A stretch of DNA of 39,081 bases, taken from an uncultured bacterium. Lineage in GTDB: Bacteria; Latescibacterota; Latescibacteria; Latescibacterales; Latescibacteraceae. The translations under genes were made by a program, and so were the position numbers. Of the stretch, positions 18,350 to 27,022 are shown in pieces (position 1 is the first letter of the stretch; each line of letters begins with the position of its first letter). Location of the stretch: positions 7,757 to 46,837 of the forward strand of contig CAYNWJ010000001.1 in NCBI GenBank assembly GCA_964400815.1, given 5' to 3'. Under the pieces are notes generated by a model. The model was not told where the DNA came from. It made no database searches and was given only the letters and a program-made list of their open reading frames with translations.

Positions 18350-19141
18350 ATGGGATGCCTCACGAATTACGCCGAGAACGAGGTTCTCGATCACGTCTTG
18401 AAAGTCGGTTCGTTCACGCGGCCGGCCACCCTGTATCTGGCGCTCTGCAAGTCCGATCCGGGCGAAGCCGCCACCGGAGCCGGTCTCGACGAGCCGTCCG
18501 GCGGTGCTTACGCCCGCCAGTCTATCAACGTTTGGGATTCGGCGGCGAGCAGGGCCACGGCGAACACGAGCGATATCCCGTTCCCCACGGCTACAGGCGA
18601 TTGGGGGACGATCACGCATTGGGCGATATGCGATGCCCTCACCGACGGGAATGTCTTGGCGTATGGGGTGCTGAGCGCATCGAAGAACGTGGAGACCAAC
18701 GGGACGATCTCCGTGCTGGCAGGCGACCTCGATATAAGCATCAACAGCGGTGGAATGTCAAACTATCTGGCAAACGCCATCCTCGATCACCTGTTCGAGG
18801 GGACGGCCTACACCCCGGCGACGAACCTGTATATCGCAGTGCTTACCGCGGCGGCGAGTGATTCCGATACCGGCAGCACCATCACCGAGCCGGGCGATAC
18901 ATATGCCCGGCAGAATGAAAACACATGGGATGCGGCTGCCGCTGGTCTCTCACAGAACAGTTCTCTGGTGGCATTCCCGGCGGCTACGACATCATGGGAC
19001 ACGCTGACGCATCATGCGATCTGTGATGCCCTGACGAACGGCAATCTCCTGCTTTATCACGCTCTCGATGATAGCCGCGTTATAGGCACGGGAGACATCG
19101 CAGAGTACGCCGCCGGTGCGCTCAAAGTAACGCTCGACTAA
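18350..19141 (+). CDS. Tail fibre/baseplate-associated protein with two tandem homologous domains
   Basis: Two ~130-aa repeats: NY.EN.VLDH...YLAL...EP..G.YARQ...FPTAT.DWGTITH.AICDALT.GN.L. Confidence 0.8.
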   Translation: MGCLTNYAENEVLDHVLKVGSFTRPATLYLALCKSDPGEAATGAGLDEPSGGAYARQSINVWDSAASRATANTSDIPFPTATGDWGTITHWAICDALTDGNVLAYGVLSASKNVETNGTISVLAGDLDISINSGGMSNYLANAILDHLFEGTAYTPATNLYIAVLTAAASDSDTGSTITEPGDTYARQNENTWDAAAAGLSQNSSLVAFPAATTSWDTLTHHAICDALTNGNLLLYHALDDSRVIGTGDIAEYAAGALKVTLD

Positions 19142-19156
19142 TCGACGGAGACTGAT

Positions 19157-20002
19157 ATGGGATATTGGAAAGACGTGCTGGCGAAGATAGCAACCGAGGT
19201 GGACAATGCTTTTGATACCGCCATCCCCGGATCGCCAACAGCCGGAAGCGTGAACGACGTGCTGAAAGACCTCGACGGCGTCCTTCCGGCGAGTGGGACG
19301 CTGGCGACGGTGAGCGACTTGAGCAGCGGCTTTACCGACAAGGAAAAATCCCTGCTCGGTCTTGGTGTCCATCCCGGCTACCGCTTTTTCTTCAACGACG
19401 TTGCGGATGGGGCCGATCCGAATACCAGTGAATGGGACGTACTCGAAACGGGAGGTGCGGCGGTAACTGTCGAGAACGATGACTCTAATGTTCCAAGCAG
19501 GGTCGTTTGTGATTCTGGAGCGACTACAAATGACAGCGCCGCTATACGAACCATTAACCATGTGTCGCTAAAGAACGGCACTACCGAATGTCATCTCAAG
19601 GCGCGAATATATCTGGACGCCCCAAATGGTGAAGATTATGGTACGTTATGGGGCCTTTGTCCTGCGGCTTATGCTTTTGCCTCAACAGCCTCCTTCTTCC
19701 CGAATGGTGCATGTATTCATAATGGCTATTCCGGGGGGCGAACATGGTATTTTAGAATATATGACGGCGTGAATGACGATGACATAGTTATTACATCGTA
19801 TTTCACTGAATCCACGTGGATGGATGTTGAAATAGTCATTAACGACTCGGGCGTGGCAACTCTGTATATCGACGGGACGCAACGGGCGCAGTCCTCCACC
19901 GCAACAATATCGGCGAACTGGAAGGGATATATAGGGAGCAAGGGACGAAATAGCAAGGCGGGTATCGCAAAATGCCAATTTATGGAACTCTGGGGAGAAT
20001 AA
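19157..20002 (+). CDS. Putative receptor-binding/fibre protein with ConA/LamG-like C-terminal domain
   Basis: In tail-tip cluster; 'TWMDVEIVIND.GVATLYIDGTQRAQ' beta-sandwich pattern. Confidence 0.55.
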   Translation: MGYWKDVLAKIATEVDNAFDTAIPGSPTAGSVNDVLKDLDGVLPASGTLATVSDLSSGFTDKEKSLLGLGVHPGYRFFFNDVADGADPNTSEWDVLETGGAAVTVENDDSNVPSRVVCDSGATTNDSAAIRTINHVSLKNGTTECHLKARIYLDAPNGEDYGTLWGLCPAAYAFASTASFFPNGACIHNGYSGGRTWYFRIYDGVNDDDIVITSYFTESTWMDVEIVINDSGVATLYIDGTQRAQSSTATISANWKGYIGSKGRNSKAGIAKCQFMELWGE

Positions 20003-20418
20003 TGATGGAACTTATCAAAAAGATACACACGGAAGTTGATGAACTTCCCGGAACCAAATACGTCTACGGGCTGGCCGGTGTCGTCATGGAGGAAATATTC
20101 ATTCCCGATCCGGACGCCACCACGCTTGACCCGGAAACGATGGAGGATGTACCGTTATCCGATGAGCAGAAGCGCGCCGCGCACCGGCGTATATTCAACA
20201 TCCAACGTGACCGACGGTTCGGTGAAACTGAATGGATAAAATCGCGAGCGGAGGAAGTGAAAACACTCTACTCCGAGGGCAAAATATCACAAGCGCGAGC
20301 CGATGCTATCAAGGCGAAGTATATCGAGTATCTCGAATATCGTCAGGCTCTCCGCAACATGCCGCAAGCTGAAGACTTCGACCCGCGCAATCCCAACTGG
20401 CCCACGAAACCGGAGTAA
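20002..20418 (+). CDS. Tail fibre assembly chaperone-like protein
   Basis: RDRRFGETEW ... EYRQALRNMPQ...NPNWPTKPE C-terminal motif typical of fibre assembly chaperones. Confidence 0.75.
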   Translation: MMELIKKIHTEVDELPGTKYVYGLAGVVMEEIFIPDPDATTLDPETMEDVPLSDEQKRAAHRRIFNIQRDRRFGETEWIKSRAEEVKTLYSEGKISQARADAIKAKYIEYLEYRQALRNMPQAEDFDPRNPNWPTKPE

Positions 20419-20421
20419 GCC

Positions 20422-20946
20422 ATGAAACTCTACAAGAACACCGCAGGCCAGAAACTCGCCGTCCTCGCCATCGACACCAGCGACGGCTCGCTCAAGACTG
20501 GTGACGCCGCAAACATCACCGCGCAGATCAGCAAGGACGGCGGGGCATCGGCGGCATCCGACGACACGAACCCGACGGAACTCGATGCGACGAACCATCC
20601 CGGCGTGTATATTTTCGATCTTACTCAGGCCGAAACGAACGCCGATATGATTTCCTTCACGGCGGGGAGCTCGACCGGCAACATCTCACTCGGCGATCCC
20701 ATGATCATCTACACGCAGGACAGGCCGCTCGATGATGCGAACACCGAGCTTGCATCCGCACCCGGCGTAACCGGCTCGCTCCGCCAGCTTATCCAGTTCG
20801 CCGCCGCCAAGGGCGGCATTCAGAAGGTGGACGCGAACCGCACCACGGGCAAGGAGACGGTCTACAAGAACGACGGCGCGACGCAGCTTTCGCAGGCTGA
20901 TATCGCCGATGACGGCACAACCACATCAAGGACGGCACACTCGTAA
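20422..20946 (+). CDS. Virion structural protein (hypothetical)
   Basis: 'ISKDGGA.AAS', 'ELDATNHPGVY.FDLTQAETN' pattern; Thr/Asp-rich; in tail cluster. Confidence 0.6.
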   Translation: MKLYKNTAGQKLAVLAIDTSDGSLKTGDAANITAQISKDGGASAASDDTNPTELDATNHPGVYIFDLTQAETNADMISFTAGSSTGNISLGDPMIIYTQDRPLDDANTELASAPGVTGSLRQLIQFAAAKGGIQKVDANRTTGKETVYKNDGATQLSQADIADDGTTTSRTAHS

Positions 20947-21533
20947 TGGCGTTGACAGAAGCCACATGCCGGGCCATTCTCGGGGTGTTCCCGGAAGCCG
21001 ACGGAACCATCGAGAAGCCCGACTCGCAGAATTTCGCGGGTATCATGACCGCGAATGCCCTGTATACGTCGTATCAGCTTTCCGGGACAATTCCGGTGAA
21101 TTCAACCGGCGCGGCATCCGCAACACTCGGCGTCACGCGCCAGCTTTCCGGCACTATCCCGGTTGAATTCACCGGCGCAGGGGTCCCAACGCTCCGCGTC
21201 GGACTCACCGGCACTATCCCGGTTGAATTCACCGGCGCGGGGGCGGCAACGCTTGGAATAACCCGCCAGCTATCCGGCACGATTCCCGTTGAGTTCACCG
21301 GTGCAGCCGCCGCTATGATCCGGCATGCTCTGTCAGGGACAATCCCTGTCGTGTTTTCAGGAGCAGCTGTCCCGAGCCTGAGAGTCGGCTTGACTGGAAC
21401 GATACCGGTCGTTTTCACCGGTACTGCTGTCGGAAGTATGCGTATCGGCTTGACCGGAACGATAGCGATCGTTTTCACCGGCCGGGCAACCCCCTATGAT
21501 GACAGCGCGAACGGAATGATGACGAGGTATTGA
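20946..21533 (+). CDS. Repeat-rich fibre-like structural protein
   Basis: Seven 20-22 aa repeats with core L(S/T)GTIPV.FTG. Confidence 0.65.
   Translation: MALTEATCRAILGVFPEADGTIEKPDSQNFAGIMTANALYTSYQLSGTIPVNSTGAASATLGVTRQLSGTIPVEFTGAGVPTLRVGLTGTIPVEFTGAGAATLGITRQLSGTIPVEFTGAAAAMIRHALSGTIPVVFSGAAVPSLRVGLTGTIPVVFTGTAVGSMRIGLTGTIAIVFTGRATPYDDSANGMMTRY
21074..21490 (+). repeat. Seven coding tandem repeats (60-66 bp units)
   Basis: Recurrent ggcactatcccggttgaattcaccggcgc-like units visible at DNA level. Confidence 0.85.
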
Positions 21534-24500
21534 TGGAACTGAACATCTACAGAAACCATTCGGTGATCGAGACCGTCAGGATCGACGAGCAGACGAGGCT
21601 CGTCCAGCGGTTCTTCGGCGAAAACTACATCCGGGCCGAAGTCACGAAACACAGCCCCCTGAGTGTCACCATCGGGGATTACATCGTCCACAAAGGGATA
21701 AAGTTCATCGTGAACACCCTTCCCACCGTGGAGAAGGTGGCGACGAATTACTTCAGGTATTCGATCGTCTTCGAGTCCGAGTATTACGACCTCTCGAAAG
21801 TCCAGTTCCTGCTGTCCGGCGAGAGCGACTTCAACCTCGTTTCCGATGTCGAAACCCTCGTCGATCTGATCGTCACGAACATGAACAGGGTCTACGGCTC
21901 CGGCATCTGGTCCCGGGGAACCTGCAATCAGACGAACACGGACGAGAAACTCCTGCACTTCCAGGGCGAGAGCTGCCGCCAGGTGATTCAGCGGGTATGT
22001 ACGGAGTTCGGCTGCGAAGTCTACTTCCTGCGGAAGGAGATCAACGTCGCCGACAAGATGGGGATCGCCACCGGCCTCACGTTCCAGTACAAGGCGGGGC
22101 TGCGCGGCATCTCCCGGAAGACCGAGAGCGACAAGAACATCGTCACCCGCCTGTACGTCCTCGGCGCCGAGAAGAATCTCGGGAGCTCCTACGGCTCGAC
22201 ACGTCTGAAGCCCACGGCGACGAAGAACCTGCTGACGAATCCCGGCTTCGAGACGGGCGACTTCACCGGCTGGAGCCAGTGGGGAACGCCCTCCACCCGG
22301 ACAGTATCGGCGTTCTCGAATCCGCTCATCATGCCGGATGGAAGCGCCGTCCCCGTCGGCACCTATGCCTATCAACATGACGGAACCGGAGCGAATCAGG
22401 GATCATACCAGACTGTCACCGTCGAGCCGGGCACCAGCTACAGCCTGTCCTGCTACGTGTACCGTATGCACGATCCCAGTGTCTTGAGTCCGACCGTCAG
22501 AATGATGACCCAGGCGGACGGCGTATATCAGTATGCCTATCCCGCCGGATACTCGGCGTGGGAGCGGCTGGAATTGACCGTCACAACCGGCGCCGCGCAG
22601 ACGACCCTGACCGTGTGGATCGGCGGCGAGGGCGAAGCGTGGTTCGATGCCGTCCAGATCGAACGGCGCGACTGCGTGACCCCCTATGTCTCCGGCACGG
22701 TGTACTATCTCGAAAAGAACGTCGAGGAGTACGGCCAGCTCGAGCACACCCTCGTCCTCGACGATGTCTTCCCGTCCCGCACCTGCACGATCTCGGCGGT
22801 GGACGGTTCGAACGTCCTGAAGTTCACGGATTCGTCCATGGACTTCGATGTGAATTCCTATCTCATGAGCGGTGTCACGGCGAAGGTGAACTTCACGTCC
22901 GGCGATCTGGCCGGTTACACGTTCGAGGTCGAGAGCTACGACAACGGCACGAAGGAGTTCACGATCCTCGAATACGATCTCCGCAACGGGGATGCGCTTC
23001 CCAGCGCAAGCCTGAAGCCCGCTGTCGGCGACACGTTCGTCCTCGTGGACATCGAATTGCCGACATCGTACATCGAGGAGGCAGAAGACACCCTGCTTTC
23101 CCGCGGCGTGGCGTACATCGATGAGAACTGTGTTCCCCGGGTGTCGTATGAACTGACCCCCGATCCCCGGTATTTTCGGACGAACAACATCAACCTGAGC
23201 ATCGGAGACCAGATCACGATCAGCGATTCGGACCTGAGCACGTCGGTGTCGGTCCGGGTGGTCGAGCTGACGAAGCAGCTCATCGACCCGTACAAAGTCG
23301 AGCTGAAGCTCTCGGACTACCAGGAGGGACGGCTGTCGCAGAGGCTGTACGACACGGCAGAATCGCTCAGGAAGAAGGCCGTCGTCGATAGGGCCGGGGA
23401 CATCCCCCGGGCGCAGTTGAACAAGATGGCGTCCTCGGAGCTCAGGAACATCATCATCGACCCGTCGGGGTACATCCGGGTGGCCCTGCTGACAGCAGAT
23501 AATATCCAGACCGGGAAGCTCGAAGCGATCTCGGGGAACTCGTATTTCGACCTCGACAATGACCTGCTTGTGATCGCCGGCGGCGAGCTCCAGATCGCCG
23601 GGACGACGATCAATTCAGTTGAGGACGGCGCGGACGTGACCGTGAACAACCGGGCGGCTGACATTGTGAACCTTCCGAGGCTGCTTTCCGGCGCGGGCCT
23701 CTACTGCACGTCGCAGTATCTGGGATATTGGGACGGATCAGAATGGGATGTGTACATCAGCTCGGGCGGACTTTTCCAGTTCAAAGGCGACTCCGACAAT
23801 TATGTCCAGTGGGACGGCTCGACGTTGAACGTCAAGGGCGCGATCACCATACAGAGCGGTTCGGGCATCTCCAACCTGTCGGATGCCGGTTCGCTGGCGA
23901 CAGGCGACGACCTCGACGATGTCGGCGACGGCTCGACCTACAAGCGCACGACCGAGAACGAGAAGACCGGCGCGGGGCGTGCCTATTCCGGACTCGATTC
24001 GAGCAACCGGCTCGTGACGGCGGTGCTTCCGGGTACGAACATCGGGACACCCGGGGGCTCCGGCCTGTATCTCGGCGGCGATTACATGGGGTACTACTCC
24101 GGGAGCCAGTGGCAGTCGTTCATCAAGAGCGACGGGACGTTCACGTTTCGGGGCGATGCCTCGAACTATGTCTCGTGGAACGGCTCGACCCTGACCGTCC
24201 GGGGCGCCCTGTATGCCGATGACATCACATCCGGCGGAACGATCACCGGCAACACAATACAGACCGCATCAAGCGGACAGCGGGTGGTGCTTGACCGCAG
24301 TGACAATACTTTGAAGATGTATGATTCTTCAGGCGACATGCTTATTGATATAGATGACCAAGTCCAAGGAGCGACACAGACAGGTATGGTCATAGGGAGC
24401 ACCAGCGGAGCTTTAATATTATTGAAAGATGTGCTCGAAGGCGATACTGCAACGACATACACTCAGATTTTCGATGGACAGGTGTGGGCGACATTCAATT

Positions 24501-24784
24501 CTAATCATATCGTTATGATGGCCGAGCTTACCGGCGGCAATACAGGCACAAATTTCCTGGCTCTTAACAGCTCTGGCGTCAGTTCCGACTTGTTTGTAGG
24601 AAAGGTTTCGACCGCAGAAAAGTTCAAAGTTACTTCAGCCGGCGTGGTGACGGCCGCAAGTTATGTTGATGCAGCTGGCGGTTTCAAGGATAACGGAACG
24701 GCTGGAGTTGATGGAACCTTCACCGACAACGATGGCAATACAATAACAGTGTCCGGCGGGATCATCACTGATCTCGGGACATAA
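21533..24784 (+). CDS. Tail tip hub/central spike protein (Tal-like) with inserted carbohydrate-binding module
   Basis: 'IVTRLYVLGAEKNL', 'YG.LEH....DDVFP', 'PRVSYEL', 'LSIGD' tail endopeptidase-like motifs; CBM4/9-like insert NLLTNPGFETG...AWFDAVQIE. Confidence 0.85.
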   Translation: MELNIYRNHSVIETVRIDEQTRLVQRFFGENYIRAEVTKHSPLSVTIGDYIVHKGIKFIVNTLPTVEKVATNYFRYSIVFESEYYDLSKVQFLLSGESDFNLVSDVETLVDLIVTNMNRVYGSGIWSRGTCNQTNTDEKLLHFQGESCRQVIQRVCTEFGCEVYFLRKEINVADKMGIATGLTFQYKAGLRGISRKTESDKNIVTRLYVLGAEKNLGSSYGSTRLKPTATKNLLTNPGFETGDFTGWSQWGTPSTRTVSAFSNPLIMPDGSAVPVGTYAYQHDGTGANQGSYQTVTVEPGTSYSLSCYVYRMHDPSVLSPTVRMMTQADGVYQYAYPAGYSAWERLELTVTTGAAQTTLTVWIGGEGEAWFDAVQIERRDCVTPYVSGTVYYLEKNVEEYGQLEHTLVLDDVFPSRTCTISAVDGSNVLKFTDSSMDFDVNSYLMSGVTAKVNFTSGDLAGYTFEVESYDNGTKEFTILEYDLRNGDALPSASLKPAVGDTFVLVDIELPTSYIEEAEDTLLSRGVAYIDENCVPRVSYELTPDPRYFRTNNINLSIGDQITISDSDLSTSVSVRVVELTKQLIDPYKVELKLSDYQEGRLSQRLYDTAESLRKKAVVDRAGDIPRAQLNKMASSELRNIIIDPSGYIRVALLTADNIQTGKLEAISGNSYFDLDNDLLVIAGGELQIAGTTINSVEDGADVTVNNRAADIVNLPRLLSGAGLYCTSQYLGYWDGSEWDVYISSGGLFQFKGDSDNYVQWDGSTLNVKGAITIQSGSGISNLSDAGSLATGDDLDDVGDGSTYKRTTENEKTGAGRAYSGLDSSNRLVTAVLPGTNIGTPGGSGLYLGGDYMGYYSGSQWQSFIKSDGTFTFRGDASNYVSWNGSTLTVRGALYADDITSGGTITGNTIQTASSGQRVVLDRSDNTLKMYDSSGDMLIDIDDQVQGATQTGMVIGSTSGALILLKDVLEGDTATTYTQIFDGQVWATFNSNHIVMMAELTGGNTGTNFLALNSSGVSSDLFVGKVSTAEKFKVTSAGVVTAASYVDAAGGFKDNGTAGVDGTFTDNDGNTITVSGGIITDLGT

Positions 24785-24793
24785 GGAGGCCCC

Positions 24794-25012
24794 ATGGAAG
24801 AAATGATCCGGGAGGTGAAGCAGGCGCTCATGGACACGCAAGCGCAGATGTTACTTCTCCAGAGGCAGGAGAACGCCCTCACGAACCAGCTCATCGCCCT
24901 CGAACAGGCGCAGAAAATCGAGACTGAACGGAAGAAGGCAGAAACGAAAGTTGGCGGCCTCCCGGTCCCGGAAACAGGAGAATCGGATCCAAATGGAACA
25001 GCAGACGAGTGA
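24794..25012 (+). CDS. Small coiled-coil hypothetical protein
   Basis: AAGGAGG RBS; heptad-like Q/L/E-rich sequence. Confidence 0.6.
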   Translation: MEEMIREVKQALMDTQAQMLLLQRQENALTNQLIALEQAQKIETERKKAETKVGGLPVPETGESDPNGTADE

Positions 25013-25313
25013 CATCATCTACATCGCTGGGCTTGCCCTCGGCCTACTCTCCCAGGCCGCCTACCTGAAGGGATCGTTCACCGAGCAGATTCGCCAGAAC
25101 ACGAAAAACCGGGACGGAGACCGGAAGGAATTTTATTGGGTATTGAAAGAACACCGGGAGGAGAACGAATGCCAGCATCGGGAGATCAGGGCCGAGATCG
25201 AATCCCTGAAGAAGAACGTCCGCTACAAGGATACCTGTGATGCGATGCGTTCGGGCACTGATAAGCGTGTTGACCGGCTGGAAAGGCGGCAGAATGGCAC
25301 AGCGTCTCAGTAA
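24993..25313 (+). CDS. Putative holin-like membrane protein
   Basis: N-terminal TM (IIYIAGLALGLLSQAAYL) plus coiled coil; directly before endolysin. Confidence 0.55.
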   Translation: MEQQTSDIIYIAGLALGLLSQAAYLKGSFTEQIRQNTKNRDGDRKEFYWVLKEHREENECQHREIRAEIESLKKNVRYKDTCDAMRSGTDKRVDRLERRQNGTASQ

Positions 25314-25773
25314 CATCGTCGTCCACTGCTCCGACAGTCCATGGGGCAGCGCTTCCGAGATTCGGCGCTGGCACCTCGAAAAAGGCTGGCGGGACATCGG
25401 GTATCATTTCGTGATCCTGAACGGCTGGATTCGGCCCGACTTCTATATCGAGGAGATGGACGGGTGCATCGAGACCGGCCGTCAGCTCGATGGTGACCAT
25501 ATCGTTGACGATAACGAAATCGGCGCCCATGCTCTCGGGTACAATGCGAAGTCGGCCGGCATCTGCCTGATCGGAGAAAACGGATTCTCCGCCCTCCAAA
25601 TCGGGAGCCTACTCAAACTACTCCGACGACTCGAAAAGCTCTACATGATCGAAAACACGGCCGTTCTCGGCCATTATGAAACGGAGAACGCGGGCGGGAA
25701 AACCTGTCCTAACATCGACATGAACCACGTCCGGTATATGTTGTCAATTCTCAAAGGAGGTGTAGTCACATGA
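25294..25773 (+). CDS. Endolysin, N-acetylmuramoyl-L-alanine amidase (T7 lysozyme-like)
   Basis: IVVHCS, GWRDIGYHFVI, GAHALGYN..S.GICLIG, VLGH, KTCP Zn-amidase motifs. Confidence 0.93.
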   Translation: MAQRLSNIVVHCSDSPWGSASEIRRWHLEKGWRDIGYHFVILNGWIRPDFYIEEMDGCIETGRQLDGDHIVDDNEIGAHALGYNAKSAGICLIGENGFSALQIGSLLKLLRRLEKLYMIENTAVLGHYETENAGGKTCPNIDMNHVRYMLSILKGGVVT

Positions 25774-26150
25774 AACGGAACTATTTCTTCTCCCTGCTGC
25801 TGTTCGTCGTCGTCTTTTGCCTCGTCGTCGCTGTCGGCAATGCGTTCGCCGGTGTGGGCGACTTCTTCGGAGCCATCGGCGACCGGTTCGAGGAAGGCGT
25901 CCTCGTGAAGGGCCTGAGTGTCATCATCGGGGGGATGTTTTTCGTGCTGTCGATCTTTTTCGGCGCGAAGGTGATGAAATACCAGCGCATGGTGAACGAG
26001 GGAAAGGATGTCGCCATCGCCGTCTACCGTTCGACCCGGAAGCACAGCCCCGGCGGAGCGACGATCACAGGCGAGGAGTTCGACACGATACTGAAGGAGT
26101 CCGGCGAGTTCGGCACGGCAGTGATCGAGGCCGTCGGCTGGAAGCGATAG
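25770..26150 (+). CDS. Membrane protein, putative holin/lysis accessory
   Basis: Two hydrophobic segments; ATGA overlap with endolysin; AAGGAGG RBS. Confidence 0.6.
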   Translation: MKRNYFFSLLLFVVVFCLVVAVGNAFAGVGDFFGAIGDRFEEGVLVKGLSVIIGGMFFVLSIFFGAKVMKYQRMVNEGKDVAIAVYRSTRKHSPGGATITGEEFDTILKESGEFGTAVIEAVGWKR

Positions 26151-26182
26151 CCCCTATCCCCTGAGCAGCGCGAGCAGCATCG

Positions 26183-26213
26183 AAGCCCGGAGAATGACCG
26201 CTCCGGGCTTTTT
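26183..26213 (+). terminator. Late-operon intrinsic terminator, copy 1
   Basis: AAGCCCGGAG / CTCCGGGCTT stem + T run. Confidence 0.85.
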
Positions 26214-26283
26214 CCATGGCAGTGATCGAGGCCGTCGGCTGGAAGCGATAGCCCCTATCCCCTGAGCAGCGCGAGCAGCATCG

Positions 26284-26314
26284 AAGCCCGGAGAATGACC
26301 GCTCCGGGCTTTTT
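26284..26314 (+). terminator. Late-operon intrinsic terminator, copy 2
   Basis: Identical duplicated hairpin. Confidence 0.8.
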
Positions 26315-26341
26315 CCATGGCAGTGAAAAAAATTTAACAAT

Positions 26342-26388
26342 TCTTGCAAATAATACTTGACAATGGTACACTGCAAGACTACGTTACG
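26342..26388 (+). promoter_or_regulatory. Sigma70-type promoter P1 with flanking inverted repeat
   Basis: TTGACA (26357) -17 bp- TACGTT (26380), AT-rich upstream; TCTTGCA...TGCAAGA brackets the -35. Confidence 0.8.
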
Positions 26389-26445
26389 ACCGTACATTAA
26401 ACATCATATTAACAACATGTTAAACCCACAACAAGGAGAGAGAGC

Positions 26446-26661
26446 ATGGATTGGAAGAGAGTCACAGTCATCACCGTCGAGTTCGACGAGGCTCGCGAGG
26501 TGGAACACTTCGAGGAATCGGTCTCGGACCGGTTCGGCGGCGAGATCGAGGTCCGGTACACCGACCACCTGACGGTGGATGTCGAGATCAAGGAAGAAAC
26601 CGACGCCGATGATGTCGAAGCCTTCATCGCCGAGTACCACGAGGAAATGTTCGCCAAGTAA
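26446..26661 (+). CDS. Small highly acidic hypothetical protein
   Basis: AAGGAG RBS; 23 D/E vs 7 K/R in 71 aa. Confidence 0.75.
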   Translation: MDWKRVTVITVEFDEAREVEHFEESVSDRFGGEIEVRYTDHLTVDVEIKEETDADDVEAFIAEYHEEMFAK

Positions 26662-26667
26662 TTCCCG

Positions 26668-26694
26668 GGGCGGTCGCCAGGCCGCCCTCTTTTC
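26668..26694 (+). terminator. Probable intrinsic terminator
   Basis: GGGCGGTC / GGCCGCCC stem followed by TCTTTTC. Confidence 0.5.
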
Positions 26695-26718
26695 AAACCC
26701 ACGGCAAGGAGAGAAAAA

Positions 26719-26985
26719 ATGTCAGTCCCTGAGCAGAGAGACCAACACGACGTCCGCCACACCTGTCCCGAATGCAAACAGATCATCAGCACCGACGCTG
26801 TCGAGTTCTTCACGGCCGTCAAGCACAAGCTCGACGAAATCCCGTGGTGGTTCGAAAACGATGAATTCTCCGCTGTGATCGAGGTGCTCCGGGACACTTG
26901 CACCGAGTATCTCGAATGGCACGAAAAGGGCAGAGACGAGGAGGTTCGCTATCAGGCGGAAAAAGCTCTGCTGAATTCATTCTGA
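26719..26985 (+). CDS. Small hypothetical protein with CxxC
   Basis: AAGGAG RBS; HTCPECK; acidic. Confidence 0.7.
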   Translation: MSVPEQRDQHDVRHTCPECKQIISTDAVEFFTAVKHKLDEIPWWFENDEFSAVIEVLRDTCTEYLEWHEKGRDEEVRYQAEKALLNSF

Positions 26986-27022
26986 CAACCCGCAACATCA
27001 GAGAGAGAAGGAGAGCAAACCA

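Larger units (their letters stand above)
26117..26326. repeat. Perfect 101-bp tandem duplication bounded by GGCAGTGA
   Basis: 26117-26217 = 26218-26318; GGCAGTGA at 26117, 26218 and 26319. Confidence 0.95.

Noticed and set aside
19157-20002. Possible diversity-generating retroelement target
   Set aside because: No reverse transcriptase and no template/variable repeat pair differing at adenines found in the window; cannot exclude one elsewhere
26117-26326. Repeat as CRISPR array, att site or terminal repeat
   Set aside because: Two contiguous identical units without spacers, no cas genes; explained by microhomology duplication
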